Below, one piece after another: positions 61,631-64,000 of a stretch of DNA of 64,000 bases (positions are counted from its first letter, which is position 1; each line of letters opens with the position of its first letter). This DNA is from an uncultured Nitrospinota bacterium. Lineage in GTDB: Bacteria > Tectomicrobia > Entotheonellia > J063 > CAVPRW01. The stretch spans positions 128,001 through 192,000 of the forward strand of contig CAVPRW010000032.1 of NCBI GenBank assembly GCA_963707985.1. Reading direction: 5' to 3'. Made by a program: the position numbers and the translations under genes. The notes beneath the pieces are model-generated. The model saw nothing but the letters and a program-made list of their open reading frames with translations, was not told where the DNA came from and did no database searches.

Positions 61631-62524
61631 ATGGATATTGTCAAAGGTAAAGTCGCGGTCATCACAGGGTCGGGACGCGGGATTGGCCGTGAAATCGCCC
61701 TGCTCATGGGCCAGGAAGGGGGGAAGGTCGTCATCAATGATGTGGGTGCGGATCTATCGGGACGGGGTTTGGATCCAGGCGTCGCCGATGCCGTCGTGAA
61801 GGAGATTAAGGACGCGGGCGGCGAGGCTGTGGCCAACTATGACTCGGTGGCCACCTATGAAGGTGGCAAGAACATGATCCAGACAGCTCTCAACGCCTTT
61901 GGCAAACTGGACGTCGTCGTCCATGTCGCCGGTATCTTGCGCGACCGCATGATCTTTAATATGAGCGAGGAAGAGTGGGACGACGTCATCCGCGTGCATT
62001 TGAAGGGGACGTTTAACGTCTGTCAACCAGCCACCGTCCTCATGCGCCAACAGAAGAGCGGTCGTATCATCTGCTTCTCTTCGGTTTCTGCTGCCGGCAA
62101 TACCGGTCAAGCGAATTACGCGGCCGCCAAGGCGGGCATTCTGGGATTTGTGCGCACGGTGGCGAAAGAAATGGCCCGGTACGACGTTACCGTCAACGCC
62201 ATCTGGCCCGGCGCCGATACTCGCATGACGGCGTCAGTGCCAGAGCGTGCTCGTGAGTTGCGCACCCAGGCCGGGATTACGGTGCAGGCACGTCGAGCCG
62301 ACCGCCATCCGCGCCATGTCGCGTCTGTTGTCGTGTATCTGGCCTCCGATGAAGCCAGCGACATCACTGGCCAGTGTGTAGCGGTAAGTGGCGACCGTCT
62401 ACAGATCATCTCGCACCCTGAACCGGTACGCACTGCATTCATGGCGGGAGGCTGGACCATCGAGAAGTTGCAAGAGCTCTTCAAGCCCACCCTGGGCGAG
62501 GGATGGAATCTGCGGCGCATCTAA
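61631..62524 (+). CDS. SDR family oxidoreductase
   Basis: TGSGRGIG, AGILRD, YAAAK. Confidence 0.92.
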   Translation: MDIVKGKVAVITGSGRGIGREIALLMGQEGGKVVINDVGADLSGRGLDPGVADAVVKEIKDAGGEAVANYDSVATYEGGKNMIQTALNAFGKLDVVVHVAGILRDRMIFNMSEEEWDDVIRVHLKGTFNVCQPATVLMRQQKSGRIICFSSVSAAGNTGQANYAAAKAGILGFVRTVAKEMARYDVTVNAIWPGADTRMTASVPERARELRTQAGITVQARRADRHPRHVASVVVYLASDEASDITGQCVAVSGDRLQIISHPEPVRTAFMAGGWTIEKLQELFKPTLGEGWNLRRI

Positions 62525-62728
62525 GCAGCCGTGGCTCACGTGCCCCAGCGCCGCTATACGAGCCAGTTGTATAGCCGCAGGCAAGTCCTGCGGCTTTTCT
62601 GTGTCCACACCGATCGACACCGATATCATCCCGGCTGGATACCCGGTAGAGGAATGACCAAAACGCTTTCAGGCGACGCGGGGAGAAAGATACCATCCGG
62701 ACCGCGTGTAAGGGTTGAAGAGGTGGCA

Positions 62729-63403
62729 ATGATCCTCGACATGCATGTGCACACGCAAATCTCGCTGGACGCAACGGCTAGGATCGAAGAGTATTGCGAG
62801 GCGATCCTCAAGTACCGCGAGAGTTTCCCCATCGACGGCTTCGTCCTCACTGAACATCGGGTCATCGATACCGCGATGGACTACCGCAAACTTGGGGACC
62901 GGTACGACATCCAGATCTTTCAGGGGGTGGAAGTCGACGGCGATTTTGGGCACATCCTGCTGTATGGGGTTACCGACGAGTGTCTGCGCTATATCGATCT
63001 CGCCAATCGACGGCTCAATGATCGAGAGGTCGTGCACATCATGAAAGAATGTGGCGGTATCGCCATCCCGGCACATCCCTTTCGGGAGTCGGTGCATGGC
63101 AGGGCCCTTGAAGAAAAACGAGACTGGGTGGCTGGGGTAGAGATCATCGAGCAATTCAATGGGGCGAACTCTGAGGTGCAGAACGCCAAGGCGAGCGCCA
63201 TTATCGCACGAGATGGCCTACGCGGCATCGGCGGCAGCGACGCGCATTATGTCAACTGGTTTTTGAAATGTGCGACGGTGTTCGAGCGCCGAGTAGAGAC
63301 GATGCCAGCACTGGTCGAAGAGCTGTATGCCGGCCGGTTTGCACCGATGCAGTTGCCACAGTCCACCGATGCGGGCGAAAATCAGTCGCTGGGCACCAGC
63401 TGA
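62729..63403 (+). CDS. PHP-domain protein
   Basis: DMHVH, TEH, AHP, GGSDAH. Confidence 0.85.
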   Translation: MILDMHVHTQISLDATARIEEYCEAILKYRESFPIDGFVLTEHRVIDTAMDYRKLGDRYDIQIFQGVEVDGDFGHILLYGVTDECLRYIDLANRRLNDREVVHIMKECGGIAIPAHPFRESVHGRALEEKRDWVAGVEIIEQFNGANSEVQNAKASAIIARDGLRGIGGSDAHYVNWFLKCATVFERRVETMPALVEELYAGRFAPMQLPQSTDAGENQSLGTS

Positions 63404-63500
63404 AGGCGGTTCATGGTCAAAAATCGCCTCTTGGCCCGATAATACGGGCATTCGAACCCTGGCGTGTCCCATCAGCGAGGTCTCACCGACCCCCTGTTTT

Positions 63501-64000
63501 TTACGCCCCAAATTTCTGCAACCGGCCAGCGTGTGCTAGTGCCAGCCCCATCAAGTTCATCATCGGTTGCCGGCTGAGCCCTCCAAGGGTACAGCTGCGT
63601 TCATCGTACTGCGTCACAGTGTCCGGGCGCACGGTCTTAGCCGAGAGAATGACTGGTACCGGGTGCCAACTGTGTCCCTTCAGCGCCGCTGGCGTCGAAT
63701 GGTCGCCGGTCACCACCAGAACATCCGGTTGCAGGGATGTGAGCTGCGGTATGAGGCTGTCGACGAGCTCGAGCACGCGGACCTTACCATCGAAATCCCC
63801 GTCCTCACCCCGGCTGTCGGTATCTTTGATATGCAGGAAAAAGAAGTCGTAGTTCTCGTAATTGGCGCGGACGGCCGCGAACTCCGCTGGAATATCCGGC
63901 ACGACCGGGTGGATGTCCATTCCCAGCAGGTGTGCGATGCCACGATACATCGGGTAAATCGCCACCGCTAATGGCGTCAGACTAAAGCGTTCACGCAAAC
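63501..64000 (-). CDS. apgM: 2,3-BPG-independent phosphoglycerate mutase (C-terminal part)
   Basis: YPMYRG, HIKDTDSRGEDG, VTGDHSTP, HSWHPVP. Confidence 0.88.
   Translation of the reverse strand, partial: LRERFSLTPLAVAIYPMYRGIAHLLGMDIHPVVPDIPAEFAAVRANYENYDFFFLHIKDTDSRGEDGDFDGKVRVLELVDSLIPQLTSLQPDVLVVTGDHSTPAALKGHSWHPVPVILSAKTVRPDTVTQYDERSCTLGGLSRQPMMNLMGLALAHAGRLQKFGA

Noticed and set aside
1..64000. tRNA or rRNA genes
   Set aside because: No cloverleaf or rRNA signature recognised by eye; a tRNAscan-SE or barrnap run would be needed to exclude them

Overview
High-GC bacterial chromosome segment. The gene set (LLM oxidoreductase, form II cox cluster, many VOC/SDR genes, CCCTCTCCC-type REPs) resembles Candidatus Tectomicrobia-like lineages, which is inference only. 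Bases 1-16.4 kb and 40-64 kb are mostly housekeeping or metabolic: msrB, menD, fadD-like, yvcK, coxSLM-like, copA, ccmA-I plus Rieske, GS-family ligase, ECF sigma, a sigma54 two-component system, gabD and apgM. Bases 16.5-32.4 kb are a minus-strand integron gene-cassette array with 16 recognisable attC sites and no integrase in the window (CALIN). It carries four toxin-antitoxin pairs, a HEPN protein, a DUF4157 toxin/HEAT immunity pair, a PD-(D/E)XK nuclease and enzymes. Three different elements have inserted into attC sites: an IS1111-type IS110 whose 3' non-coding region appears to encode guides matching the attC core and its own circle junction, an ORF-less group IIC intron, and a MITE. Three ORF-less cassettes contain reverse-complement (mirror) copies of the adjacent attC arms, and two of them share a compensated non-canonical GAT/ATC core; this is the most novel-looking structure. 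Other candidates are a sigma54-driven structured sRNA at 57.3-57.5 kb and an IS110 RuvC domain fused to a membrane anchor and Ig-like domain. Many isolated frameshifts suggest sequencing indels, so pseudogene calls need read-level checks.
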